Made by a program: the position numbers and the translations under genes. Positions 40,758-54,147 of a stretch of DNA of 64,000 nucleotides are shown here, piece by piece. The notes beneath the pieces were generated by a model that was not told the origin of the DNA, did no database searches, and was given only the letters and a program-made list of their open reading frames with translations. Position 1 is the first letter of the stretch; each line of letters begins with the position of its first letter. This DNA is from Mobula hypostoma (Eukaryota), in the NCBI RefSeq assembly GCF_963921235.1, contig NC_086108.1, forward strand, positions 112,222,001 to 112,286,000, read 5' to 3'.

Positions 40758-41585
40758 AACAGCAACTTATTTTATGAAAATGAAACATCAGTTGCCGACA
40801 ACTGCTGAACTGTGTATTCCTACTAAAACCCCTAAGCAAGGCTGAGTTAATTATCTTAGCAGTACAGAAATTGGTTTCTGAATAGGCAGTTTGAAGGAAG
40901 TTGCATAAAAATATTTTTGACGTCACTATCTCCTGCTTGTGCTAGCCTTCAGTGGAATGGTAAATTAGGAAAGAATCTATTCATAATTTCACTACTGTTC
41001 TCTTCCCATAAAAGGGAGAAGCTTTGAAGCATTTGCACGAAGACTGACCAAATGCGCAAAAGCCAAATTATGCAAAGTAAGTAATGCTGAGAACAAGAGT
41101 TGCAATATCCTTGACTTGGATTGATTATAAGAATGTGTGCTTGCGGCCAATTGATCGCTCTGTGAATCGATTGGTCTGTTACGTGCAAAGGACTCTTTTG
41201 GCATAGGCTTTCAAGTGCACATGTTTTTCCCGTCCCGACATGCCTACAAAGTTGTAGTGTGCAGCGTTACTACCATGACTCAGTAAAATGTTTAATCCTA
41301 CTATTCCATTGTAGCTCTTGCTTCACAGATACATAACTAACTGTAAATATTTATGTAAAGCTGACCTGGTTTTCCTCTTTGAGGATGGCATGAAGCTTAG
41401 ACAGGATAATTTAACTGCCAATGTGCACTAACATCAGAAGATGAAAATAATGACTATTAATCAAATCAATCTGCAGCCAGCTTCTATGAATAAAGTACAT
41501 CAACAGAATAAAATAGCCGTTAGCCATTTGCAAAATGCCTACATAATTTCCATCACTGATTAGTGACAGAGGAATGTCAAAACAG

Positions 41586-41817
41586 GAACACACATAAAAG
41601 TTGCTGGTGAACGCAGCAGGCCAGGCAGCATCTCTAGGAAGAGGTACAGTCGACGTTTCGGGCCGAGACCCTTCGTCTGGAGTCCTGACAAAGGGTGTCG
41701 GCCCGAAACGTCGACTGTACCTCTTCCTAGAGATGCTGCCTGGCCTGCTGCGTTCACCAGCAACTTTGATGTGTGTTGCTTGAATTTCCAGCATCTGCAG
41801 ATTTCCTCGTGTTTGCG
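41586..41817. mobile_element. PLE-derived palindromic mini-element with two back-to-back hammerhead motifs and 11-bp TSD
   Basis: About 90-bp near-perfect inverted arms (about 41588-41677 and 41686-41777); TSD TGTCAAAACAG at 41575-41585 and 41818-41828. Confidence 0.9.
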
Positions 41818-42063
41818 TGTCAAAACAGAAACTGGGTACTGAGGCAAGACAAGGCATTGGTCAGACTGCACTTGCAGTATTGTGAGAAGTTTTATGCCCC
41901 TTATCTAAGAATGTGTTGGCATTGGAGAGAGTCCAGGAGGTACAGGAGAATGATTCCAGGAACAGAAAGATTAATGTATGAGGCTTGTTTGATGGCTCTG
42001 GGCTTGGATTTCCTGGAGTTTAGAAGAATGAGGGGGAATCTCATGGAAACCTATCGAATATTG

Positions 42064-42442
42064 TTGTGGGGATGGAACTGGACTCTCTCACGGTGGTGTC
42101 TGAAAAGAGAATGCTGTCTAAGTTGCATGCCATCTTGGTCAATGTCTCCCATCCACTACATAATGTACTGGGTGGGCACAGGAGTACATTCAGCCAGAGA
42201 CTCATTCCACCGAGATGCAGTAAGAGTGTCATTCCCGCCTGTGGCCATCAAACTTTACAACTCCTCCCTTGGAGGGTCAGACACCCTGAGCCAATAGGCT
42301 GGTCCTGGACTTATTTCATAATTTACTGGCATAAATTACGTATTACTAATTAACTATTTATGGTTCTATTACTATTTATTATTTATGGTGCAACTGTAAC
42401 GAAAACCAATTTCCCCCGGGATCAATAAAGTATGACTATGAC
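42064..42442 (+). mobile_element. Young Rex/Babar 3' fragment inside a CR1 3' fragment
   Basis: AATAAA plus (TATGAC)n tail; TSD TATTG at 42059-42063 and 42443-42447; CR1 flanks span about 41845-42810. Confidence 0.85.
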
Positions 42443-43513
42443 TATTGAAAGGCTTAAACAGTGGACAAGGAGAGGATGTTTCCTATAGCTGGCGAGTCTA
42501 CGATCAGAGGGCACCACCTCAGAATAGAAGGACATCCATTTGGAATAAAAAGACTAGGAGGAACTTCATTAGCCAGAGGGTGGTGAATCTGTGGAATTCA
42601 TTGTCACAGATGGCTGTGACGGCCAACTTATTCAGTTTATTTAAAGCAGAGGTTGCTAGGTATTCGATTAGTAAGGGTGTTAAAGGTTATGGGGAGAAGG
42701 CAGAAGAAAAGGGTTGAGAGGGATAGTAAATCAGCCATGATGGAATGGCAGAACAGACTCAATGGGCTGAATGGCCCAATTCTGCTCCTACATCTTATGG
42801 TCTTATGGGAACTTTTCATATTGCTAATTGTGCTTTTACATTTTAAGCTGAAAATGTGCCAGGATATGTGCAACAAATGCCTGCTCTAACATGTTCCCAA
42901 CTTGGATAAAACAAAGCAGGCTAGTTTGACTGAAATAAAAGCAGTGAAAGACTCAGTTGTAACTATATAATACAGAAACTGGCCATTTGGCCCATCGTAT
43001 GCCTGCCCATCTGCACTAAACCTATTTAAAGAGATTATTTTATTAGTTATTATTTGTCACATTTACATCAAAATACTGCAACGTGTTATGTCGATATTAA
43101 CTCAAATTTGCAAGAATTGTATTGGGCAAGTGTTGCCACTCTTCCGGTGCCATCGTAGCAGGCTCACAACTTACTAACCCTAACCTATATTTTTTGCAGT
43201 GTGGGATGAAACATGCACGGTCACAGAGAGTGATACAAACTCCTTATGGAGAGGCAGGAATCGACCTGATCAATAATTGCTAGTGCTGTGAAGTAACGTA
43301 GTAACTAGCACGTTACTGTGCTGAGCAACCTGCATTTCCCTTCCACATCTTGTCTGCTTGAATCTCTAAATTCATCAACATTGAATGATGTATCCAATTC
43401 TACCTCTCTGACAGAGTTGCAGATATTGACCACTGAACAAACCATTCCACTCATATCTTGTTAAAACTCCTGACCTCAAACCTTGTTTGTAATACCCTTA
43501 TCATAGGATAGAT

Positions 43514-43593
43514 CAGGGCATCCCAGCTGTTTTTATACCATGGACCAATACCATCACGTAAAAGGCCTGTGGATCTCAGGATGGGAACCCCTG
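43514..43593. mobile_element. Short hAT/Charlie-like MITE
   Basis: CAGGGcatccca...tgggaaccCCTG termini; imperfect 8-bp flanks ggatagat/gagtagat; related copy near 44270-44345. Confidence 0.55.
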
Positions 43594-46500
43594 GAGTAGA
43601 TGTTCAAGTCTTCCTATCTATGCCACTTGTAATTTTATCCTCCGCTGTCAAGGTCACTCCTTAGCTTCCCTCACTCCAGGGAAAAGAAACCCACCCTAGC
43701 CAATTTCTCCCCATAACTAAAGTCCACCAGCCTCAGCAATACCACGGTGCATCTCCTCTGCACCCTCTCAATCACATCCTTCATATAGTGTGGTCACCAA
43801 AACTGCACACTGGACTCTAGCACAATCTAAAAGTTTTTCTCTATACCTGATTCCCCACAGTTTAGCTGATCAGTTAACTGAACAGTGCAAGGTCTAGGCT
43901 CCAGCTGCTTGCTTGCTGTGTAGATTCTGGCATTAAACTACATCAAAAAAAAGGGGACTTCAGACAATACTACTCGTTGTACTGCTGATCCAGCAACAAA
44001 AGGAAGGCTGCTTTCATAGTATTCAGCAACAGGTGGCAGCAGCAGGCACATTAGGGACTTGTAAGGGGCATTTAGATAGGCATATGGATATGAGGAAAAT
44101 GGAAGGATATAGACATTGTGCAGGCAGATTAGTTTAGTTGTCCAGTTGATTACTAATTTAACTGGCTTGACACAACATTGTGGGACAAAGGGCCTGTTCC
44201 TGTGCTGTACTGTTCTACATTCTATGTTCTCAACATAAGCCACTTTTATACCAAACAGAATAATCCTTCTTTTAACCTTTTTTTAATGCCATGGACCCCT
44301 ACCATTAACCGAGGGGTTTGTGGACACCAGGTTGGGAACCTCCGTATTAATGACACGTGAACGTGAAGGAGAGTAAAGAACGAAACAAGGCAGAATATCA
44401 TTTCTACATGATGGCAGCTGTTTTTCAGTGCAATTCCTCCTGGAGTTTTTATACCTACATGTAGGAAGACAACAGTAGATTCCTGAACCAGCATACATAA
44501 CTTCACTCACCAGAGTTACAGAGCAAATGACCATGGACATTGCAGTTAGCATTCCAGCCTCAATATTACTTTGAGCTTTGGTAAGCCTGTTTACTGACTT
44601 GTCATGGACACTGCAGAATGCCCAATTTAATACAGATACCTGGAGAAAGTAGAATCTGTTTTGATAGGATTCACGTCTCCAACGTAGATTCCACTTTAAA
44701 GATAATGCAATGTGATGAACAAATTGAGCAAATTTGTTCCAGAGATTTGAAACTGCGACTCCTCTACTTGCAGAAAGCTTGAAGACAAACCAGTAGCTCA
44801 TGGCGCAGGTCAGTAACTCCTAAAACTAATTGATCATCTCCTCCTCCCCTCCCCACCCTCATTATAGAACAATGCCAGCCTTTTGGTTCACAGCGTTGTA
44901 TCGATCTTTACTAAGACCAATCTAACCTTTCTCTCCCACAGCCTCCATTTTTCTATCGTCCATGTGCCTACCTAAGAGTTCCTTAAATGTGCCTAATGTA
45001 TCTGCCTCCACCATTCTCGGTAGGGCATTCCACACACCCACTACTAAAAATACCTCTGCTATCTCCTCCTATTCTCCCTCCCTCTAAATCTCACTGCACC
45101 TAATTTCAGCAATTCTCTATGAGAATTATGGAGGCATCCATCACTCAAGACATGCACTCTTCTCATTGCTACCATCCAGGAGGTAGTACAGGAGCCTGAA
45201 GACATGCAACGTTTCAGGAACAGCTTCTTTCCCTCTGCCAGATTTCTGAATGAAAAATGAATCCATGAAGACTACCTCTTTGCATGATTTATTTAAAAAT
45301 AAATAATCATTGTAATTTATAGTTCTATTATGTATTGCAATGTCCTGCTGCCACAAAACAAATTCCACAACATATGCCAGTGATATTAAAGCTGATATCC
45401 ATACCTGCCAGGTGACACAAGCTGTTTGGCAATTAGTTATTTCCACTGGAACCAGATATAATAGGTTCAGATTTTATTGTTTAAGTCTTCACACGGAGCC
45501 AGTCAGTGAAACATTTCCCACACTTCAGCTGTTTTGAACATTGGCCAAAACATTGCAAAAGCCAAACCATATCAATTGCTTACAGCCTCTCACACTTGCA
45601 GCTAGGACGTCTATCAATTCCAGCAACCAAATACTAATAAAATTATTAAATCATTACCACATAGAGTAACTTAATTTGAAAGCCATCCCAAGCATGTCCC
45701 TGCGGCGTTAATGCAGAATAAGATTTGAAAGGATTCTGTTTTCAGGGGTGGTTGAAAAGAAGGAAGAAAAGGAGAAGGAAAATACAAGTTAATCAAAAAT
45801 TTGCAGATATGTACATCTGAAATGGGATAAATAATTGGTAATCTTCCAATGATTAATGCAAAATGAATTGTATATCAAAAAATTATGCTTCTGTAGATTT
45901 TACACATAAAAGCATCATGAATGAAATATACATGAATATTTCTGTGTAAAACAATTGACCACAAGTCATGGAAAGAATTAGGTCATTTCATCATGGCTGA
46001 TTTATTTTCCCTCTCAACCCCATTCTCCTGCCTTTATCTCATGAACTGTGACCTTCAGACTAATCGAGAACCCATCAGTCTCCACTTTAAATATACCCAA
46101 TGACTTGCCTTCCACACCCGTCTGTGGCAATCAACTCCACAGATTTACCATCCTCTGGCTAATGAACTCCCTCCTCTGTTCTAAAGGAATGTCCCTCTAT
46201 TCTGAGGCTGAGTCCTCTGGTCCTAGACTGCCCCACTATTGGAAACATGCTCCCCATATCCACTACTTAGATTGCATTGACTATTTAAATGTAAAATTAC
46301 ATAAATTGCAGCAAGAATCTAGTGACCTTTAAGGTCACCCCAAATCACAAAACTAATTCTAAAATCAATTCCAAAAGGAGGGGGGGTTGTAACAATTACA
46401 TTAATGCAGTTCATTGACACAATTTTAGCTTAAATACTGTCGTCACATTTGAAAGAATGAAGACAAGGCCAATTCACGAAGTTATGTTATCATTTATTTG

Positions 46501-48215
46501 ATAAAACATTTGCTATTCAAACCTATTTGCCTCGCTAATACACCTGCAAAGCAATTTTAATTTGACTTAAACCTGAGTTTCAGTGGGAAGTAGTCGGAAG
46601 CAGGGGTCATAATTCTGTTTTTAGATGGTTTGGATAAGACTAATTCCGAGATGAAATTACTAAATTGGGGGAAATCAGAATCAGATTTTTTTAATCACTG
46701 ATTTATATGTGAAATTTTGTTTTGCAGTAGTAATCATAAGACTGATTACAGCAGTAATTTATTTATTTTGAAATATAGTGTGAAACAGGTCCTACCAGCT
46801 CTTTGAAACACATTGCTCCAGCACCCCACTGATTTAACCCTAGCCTAATCACAGGGCAATTTAAAATGACCAATTAACCTACCAACCAGTAGGTCTTTAG
46901 GCTGTGGGAGGAAATCTGAGCACCTGGAGGAAACCCATTGGCACAGGGAAAGGAATGTATAGACTTGCTTACAGAGGACACCAGAACTGAGACTCCAAGT
47001 GCATCGTTATTACAGCTCCAAGCTATAATAATGATGCACTAACTGCTACACTCTGTGGTGCCCCACAGGATTTGCAAGAAATGGGAAAAGTGGAGTGGGT
47101 GCAACTATTTGGAGATATCCACATCCCCTCAAAAAATCAGTTAGACTCAGGACCAATGTGCTGCTGCAGAGATGAAAGGATGGCAACATTCAAGAAACTT
47201 AGATGACAAGGGATAGTTGCAAGTTTAGTCAAAAAGGAAATGAAAGCATATGCAAAGTTTAGGAAGCTGAAATTAGACAAGAACCTTGAGGAATACAAAA
47301 ATATGAAAGCACTTAAACAATGGATTAGGAAAGCTAAAAATGGGCCATGAAGTGCCTTTGGTAAACTCGATTAAGTCTTAAATGCATCACAGCTCTGCCT
47401 GGGACTTCAAGAAACTAGAACATTTTGGACATAGCTCAGCACATCATAGAAACCAACCTCCTTCCATGGATTCTACACTGTCTTGATACAGCAGCCAGCA
47501 TTATTAAAGACCCCACCCACCCCAGACATTCTTTTTCCCATTGGGCAGGAAATAAAAAAACTCAGAAAGCAAGTACCACAAGGTTCAAGGACAGCCTCTA
47601 AATTGAAAGACTTCTTCTATGAGATGAACCTTGGACCACACAACCTACATTGTTATAGCCTTACACCTTATTGTCTGCCTAAACATTCTCTAACTAGAAC
47701 ATTTTATTCAGTATCCTGTTGTACTACCTGACAGTAGCAGGTAATGAAATCTGTGTGAACGGCATACAAAACAAGCTTTCGTTGTACCTTGGTACATGTG
47801 ATAGTTTACTTATTGAGATACAGCATGAAATAGGCCCTTCGAGCCACGCCATCCAGCAAACCCCCAAGTTAATCCTAACCTAATCACAGCACAATTTACA
47901 ATGACCAATTAACCTAGCAACCAGTATGTCTTTGGACTGTGGGAGGGACCCAGAGCACCTGGAGGAAACCCATTCGATCACAGACAGAACATACAAACTC
48001 CTTACAAACAACAGTGGGAAACCAACTCTGATTGCCTGTACTGTAAAGTGTTGTGATAACCACTATGCTATCATGCTGCCCCACTTAGTGATAAACCAAC
48101 TTACCAAATTTTGAAAGATCCACACAAAGTCCAAATTAACAAATTCTACATTATTTCTGCACTATTTACATACTGAAGTAAATTACTCCAATCAAGTAAA
48201 ACATTTACAAGCCTT

Positions 48216-48371
48216 AACAAGAGAAAATCTGTAGATACTGGAAATTCAAGCAATACACACAAAATGCTGGAGGAACTCAGCAGGCCAGGCAGCACCTATG
48301 GAAAAAAAGTACATTTTTCCATAGATGCTGCCTGGCCTGGTGAGTTTTTCCGGCTTTGTGTATGTGTGTTG
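48216..48371. mobile_element. PLE-derived fold-back mini-element with 14-bp TSD
   Basis: Inverted terminal-repeat arms joined at aaaagtacatttt; TSD CATTTACAAGCCTT at 48202-48215 and 48372-48385. Confidence 0.85.
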
Positions 48372-49311
48372 CATTTACAAGCCTTGATCAATTAAGAGAT
48401 AGGACTAACTAGGAAAGTACTAACTAGTGAAGTGTCCTCTGACAAGCCAATCCAGAATTTCAAAACTATTGTGGTCATAAGCTATTATTCACATTATCAA
48501 CACCACAGCTTAGTTTCAATAAATTATTTCACAAAATGATAAAGGATTCCCGGATCTAATGAGATATTATGAAAGTTATATTCATTCTGTTAAATTTATA
48601 GTTCACTTCACAACTAGAAAACTTAAGAGACCCACATGCATCAAGCTTGCTCCAATAATAAAATCATGCCCAACTATCCTTCTGGCTTTAATTCTAGTTG
48701 CTCTGCAACTCTGGACTCTCTTCCAGCCCAAAGGTTTCTTAACTTTAGACTTCCTGATTCATCGTTCACAAGTCAATGGGACAGAGATTTCCAAAGGATC
48801 ACAACAAAGTTCAAATTTGCCCTCATCTCAAACTTAACCTTGAACCAGTGGAGATAACTTCACTCAGTCCATCACTGAACTGTTCCCACAACCTATGGAC
48901 TCACCAAGGATTTTTCATTTCATGTTCTCAATATTTATTGCTTATTTATTTATTATTTTTGTTTTGCTTATATTGTTGTATTTTGCACATTGGTTGTCTG
49001 TCCGCTCTGTTGGGTGCAGTCTTTCATTGATTCTATAATGTTTTTTCTATGTACTGTGATTGCCCACAAGAAGATGAATCTTAGGGTTGTACATAGTGGC
49101 ATATGTATTTCATAATAAATTTATTGAGAACTTATATGGTGAATTTTTGCAACAATGTCCCACTCCCATTCTAGACTGCTGACAAGTACCACCTCCACCA
49201 CATCTGCTGTGACAAGGTCCCTCAAACTTGTTTCAATAAACTCACCTCTGATTAATTCAATCTCTATAAACTAAAGCCCATTTTGCTCACAAAAACTCCT
49301 CCATTCCAGGA

Positions 49312-49813
49312 CGCCTCCAAATAAATAACGGATGGGGAACACTCAGGTTGGAGGAACAACACCTTACATTCCGTCTGGGTAGCCTCCAACATGATGGTAT
49401 GAACATTGACTTCTCAAACTTCCGCTAATGCCCCACCTCCTCCTCATACCCCATCCGTTATTTATTTATATACACTTTCTTTCTCTCTCTCCTTTTTCCT
49501 CCCTCTGTCCTTCTCACTATACCCCTTGCCCATCCTCTGGGCTTACTCCCTCCCCCTTTCTTTCTCCGTAGGCCTCCAGTCCCATGATCCTCTCATATCG
49601 CTTTTGCCAATCAACTGTTCAGCTCTTGGCTCCATCCCTCCCCCTCCTGTCTTCTCCTATCATTTCTGATCTCCCCCTCCCACTTTCAAATCTCTTACTA
49701 GCTCTTCCTTCAGTTAGTCCTGACAAAGGGTCTTGGCCCAAAATGTCAACTGTCCCTCTTCCTAGAGATGCTGCCTGGCCTGCTGCATTCACCAGCAACT
49801 TTTATGTGTGTGG
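49312..49813 (+). mobile_element. 5'-truncated PLE with short 5' inversion and 13-bp TSD
   Basis: GIY-YIG tail, UTR and decayed hammerhead. aaataaataacggatgggg near 49319 is the reverse complement of about 49449-49467. TSD CTCCATTCCAGGA at 49299-49311 and 49814-49826. Confidence 0.85.
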
Positions 49814-51626
49814 CTCCATTCCAGGAATTAACCTTGTGGACCTTCATTAACATGGCCTTCAAGATTGTCTTTTCTTCTGAATGGTCTTTATTTTAAAAAA
49901 AATTAAGAGGAAAAAGTACAGATACTAAAAAAATGCCAAATATGTTCACCAGGTCAGGTGGCATCAATGGAGGTGCTATTTCAGCTCTAATGCCTTGCCC
50001 CCTTGACAGCATGGGTTTCCTCATTTCCTCCCACATTCCAAAAGACATACAGGTTGCAGTTGGTGAGTTGTGGGACTGTGTTGGTCATTGATACAAACAT
50101 TTCATTGTATGTTTCGGTGTACATGTGACAAATAAAGCTAACCATTAGTAAAGCTAATCTTTAACAGATTGTAGAATTACTTCAGAGTAAATTTCCAATT
50201 AGGTCTTGGCTGGGAGTTAGTACAGGAGAAGAACTCTCCATAAGAACTGAAAGACTAAATTAGTCAAGGCAGTAAGTTGTTAGAAACTTTCCTGTATCAG
50301 CTGCTGGGAGCCTTTAACGGTAATACATTTATAACTAGCACATTTCAGAAACTAAGTCAGCTGTACTTTGAAATTGTGGTAGGCCAGAATAAGACATAGG
50401 AGCAGAATTAGGCCATTCAGCCCATCAAGTCTGCTCAGCTATTCCATCATGGCTGATTTTCCCTCAAAACCACTCTCCTGTCTTCGCACCATAATCTTTG
50501 ACATCCTGACTAATCAAGATCCTATCAATGTCCACTTTAAATATGCCCAATCACTTGGCCACCACAGCATGAGCGGCAATAAATTTCACTAGACTAATTT
50601 TTATTCCAAATGGACGTCCCTCTATTCTGAGACTGTGCCCTCTGGTACTTTAGGCCTTTCAATGAGATCCCCCCCTCATTCTTCCATACTCTAGTGAGTA
50701 TTGGCCCAGAACCAAATGCAGATGAAATATTCAGTCATGTGGTACCAATTCTACAAGAACACTTGAATAAACAACAGCATTAATAATTTGAGACACTTAA
50801 CTGAAAATCATTTTAGTCAGAAACAATCTTCTATTTTCCCCAACCCCACATACATTTCCCAAGTTTATATGGATACTTCAATGCCCACTGGAGTGTGTGT
50901 AATGTGATCAGTGCTCCTCTCCAGCAGAGAAATTAAAAGCCTCAATCTCCCAAATGGCTGATATTTTACATTCCCGGTTTCTAGAGTGGAGGCCAGATGG
51001 AATTTAAAAAATGCCTAGCTCCCTTTTCGACTTTAGCTCAAAAATCATTTCCATATGAGAGTCAAGTTCTCAGCTTTGACTTTAGGAGGATGCACCTTGC
51101 TATCCCGTTTCAATGTCTGTCACCCAGCAAACGCCCCAGTTCATCTTCCAACCAACGATAGCAAACATGGAAGTAAGCCATCTTACAAGGAAGGGCCACT
51201 GTACAGGATCGAAATAAGTTGCAAGTTGTAAATTCAGCCAGCACCATTATGGGCACTAACTTCCCCGTATTGTGGACATCTTCAAAAGGCAATGCCTTAA
51301 AAAAACAAGACAGAATCCACAAGTACCCCATCAACCACGACGTGCCCTCTTGTCATTGCCACCATTAAGGAGGTGGTACTTGAGACTGAAGACACACATT
51401 CAATGCTTCAGGAACAACTTCTTCTCCACTGCCATCTGATTTCTGAATGGACATTGAACCCAGGTACACTGCCAGTTTTTTTTTTGCGCCTTTTTGCACT
51501 ACTTAATCATATACATTTAATTCTCATTGTAATTTATAGTTTTTTATTACGTACTCCAATATACTGCTGCCACAAACAAATTTTATGATATATGCCAGTG
51601 ATATGAAACCTGGGTCTGATACTAAA

Positions 51627-51820
51627 GAGCAACACACACAAAATTCTGAAGGCACTCAGCAGGTCAGGCAGCATCTATGGAAGCGAATAAATATCAACGT
51701 TTTGGGCTGAGACCCTTCATCAGGTCTGGAAAGGAAGGTGGCAGAAGCCAGAATACAGTGGTGGGGTGAGGGGAAGGGGTATAAACTGGCAAGTGATAGG
51801 TGAGACTAGGTGAGAGGGAA
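51627..51820 (-). mobile_element. PLE terminal repeat remnant with decayed hammerhead
   Basis: Minus strand reads CTGATGA AGGGTCTCAGCCC AAAACGTT, with GAAA mutated to AAAA. Confidence 0.7.
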
Positions 51821-53442
51821 AGTGATTTACATGGCAAAATATGCAATAACACGTAGAGAATTTGCTAACATTTCAAAACTACAGTCAGTTTCAAGTAATG
51901 AACATTGTCTATCTCCACACAACTGAGATCATGCTGCAGTTCTCTGGCAATGTCTGGAATTAATTTTCATGGAATTAGCACATAAAACATTTCAGCTCTG
52001 TAAAGGCCCTTCGGCCCATGATGTTGTGCCAACTGTTTACAAAGTACGAAGTTAATTTATTATCAAAGTACATATATGTCACCATGTACAACCCTGAGAT
52101 TCATTTTCTTGCAGACATACAGTAAATACAAGATCAGAATAAAATCAATGGAAGACCACACCCAACAGGACTGACAAACAACCGATGTGCAAAAAAATCG
52201 TGCAACTACAAAAATAAACAAAGCAATAAATATCAAGAACACGAGATGAGGCTTTGCAAGTGAGTCCATAGGTTTTGGGAACAGTTTAATGATGGGGCAA
52301 GTCAAGTTATTCCCTCTGGTTCAAGAGTCTGATGGTTGAGGGGTAATAACTGTTCCTGAATTTGGTGGTGTAGGTCCTGCGGCTCTTATACCTCCAACCT
52401 GATGGCAGTAGTGAGTAAACATGGCGTGGATCCTTAACCTACTTTAAGATAAAGTCCCTCATTGATGCATACTGGAGCATTCATTCCCACATGGATGAGG
52501 ATAATTTTGAGCAAAATTTATTACCTGATATTACATAGAACAGGCCCTTCATCCCATGTGCTGACCTTTGAACCTACTCTAAAATCAATCTAATCCTTCC
52601 CTCTTAGAGCTTCGCATTTTTACATCATCCATGTGTCAAGTTTCTTAAAAGTCCCTAATGTATCGGCAGATGACATTAATACAAGAAATACACAATTCTG
52701 AATGTTCAATGCATTTGGACAGGTACTTAGCAAGGAAAACTAAGAACAGGAATGCAGACTTACTCCAGGTAAATGGGATGGGCATCACAGCCCGCATGGG
52801 CAAAGTTGCTGCAAAAGCCCGTTTCCAGTCTATGGCAACAGTGCTGTAAAACACCACTGGCCAATTCTAAGGAGTGACACAATGTAGAACATAGAACACA
52901 ACCTATTGTATCTGCCTCTACCACCACCCCTGGTAACATATTCCACATACCCATCACTGAATAAAACCTACCTCTGATATCCCCCAAAAGCTTTCTTCTA
53001 ATTACCTTAAAATTACGCCACCTCATATTAGTCATTTCTGCCCTGGAAAAAAGGTTTCTGGTTATCCACTCTATGGCTCTTGTACACCTCTGTCAAGTCA
53101 ACTCTCACCGTCATTCACTCTAAAGAGAAAAGCCCTAGCTCGCTCCACCAATCCACATAAGACATGCTCTCTAGCCCAGGCAGCATCCTGGTTAATCTCC
53201 TCTGCACCCCTTCTCAAGCTTCCACATCCTTCCATCTAACCAGAACTGAATACATTATTCCAAGTGTGGTCTAACCAGGGTTTTATAGAGCTGCAATATT
53301 ACCTCACAGCTTTTGAACTCAATCCCTCAACTAATGAAGGCCAACACACCACACACCTTAAATTCTGTACTCCACTTTTTGGACACCAAAGTTTCAATCT
53401 TTTATGAACCAAGGTGTCCAATATACTATGAAAATAGCTTAC

Positions 53443-54147
53443 CTGCAGATGGCAGTTTGTGCACACAGCTCTCATCCATATTTGTCCCACTGTTAGACTT
53501 GCACACACACATCTGCCTATGCAGCTGCCCACATTCGGTGGAATTTGTAGAACTCGTAGAATTCACACAATTTGCCCGATTCAGATCAGTCACTGAAGCT
53601 ACCTGGATTTCCTTCACACTTTCAGAGCAATTTACAGGAATTCCCAAGGTTACTTGTCCTTTAACCAAATCACTGACAGGCAATTTGGGTGATTTGATCT
53701 GCATGCCTTCTGAATTTTCAGTTTTAGCCAGACAGCTCCCAGGAAGGGACTGTGTTTGTGGTATATCAACGTCTTCATCCTCTGGGATGGGATTATACCA
53801 TATCTCCCCCTCGTCATCTGCATCATTTTCTTCACCATGATCCAAAATAATCTCTGTAGCAATTCTGTGGTTATTTTGTTGGTCAGTCTCTTCAGGTAAA
53901 ATTGCAGGTTGTTGTTTGTTTTCCGGCGAAGGGCTTGGACCAGTGATGTGGTTTGTTAACTCTAATGATACGGGGGAATTAGTCTCCTCATTCAAATAAG
54001 GGTTCAGAGAACTCTGCTGTAGCCAGTTTCTTTTTTTGGACACTGTGATGTTGTTTATGTGTGGCTTGTATTCATTGATCTTGTTAGCTTCAGAGGTTTT
54101 CAATTCTCTCCTTATTTTTGAAGAGGCGTGTACATTTTCAATGAAAT
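53443..54147 (-). CDS. SYDE2: SYDE2 internal coding exon (N-terminal region), 705 nt, phase 1-1
   Basis: Acceptor ttttcacttctggttacag|AT and donor GCAG|gtaagc. Open frame (D)FIENVH...HKLPSA contains the motif ENDADDEGEIWYNPIPED recognised from SYDE proteins. Its terminal G joins TA of the next exon in frame (GTA, Val). Confidence 0.88.

Noticed and set aside
44283..44801. 172-aa minus-strand ORF as an additional SYDE2 exon
   Set aside because: No recognisable domain, it ends within a MITE, and the flanking exons already join in frame.
49715..49752. Active hammerhead ribozyme (also 13698-13733, about 28345-28376 and 51695-51727)
   Set aside because: Catalytic core mutated (CTGACAA, AAAA for GAAA, or deletions).
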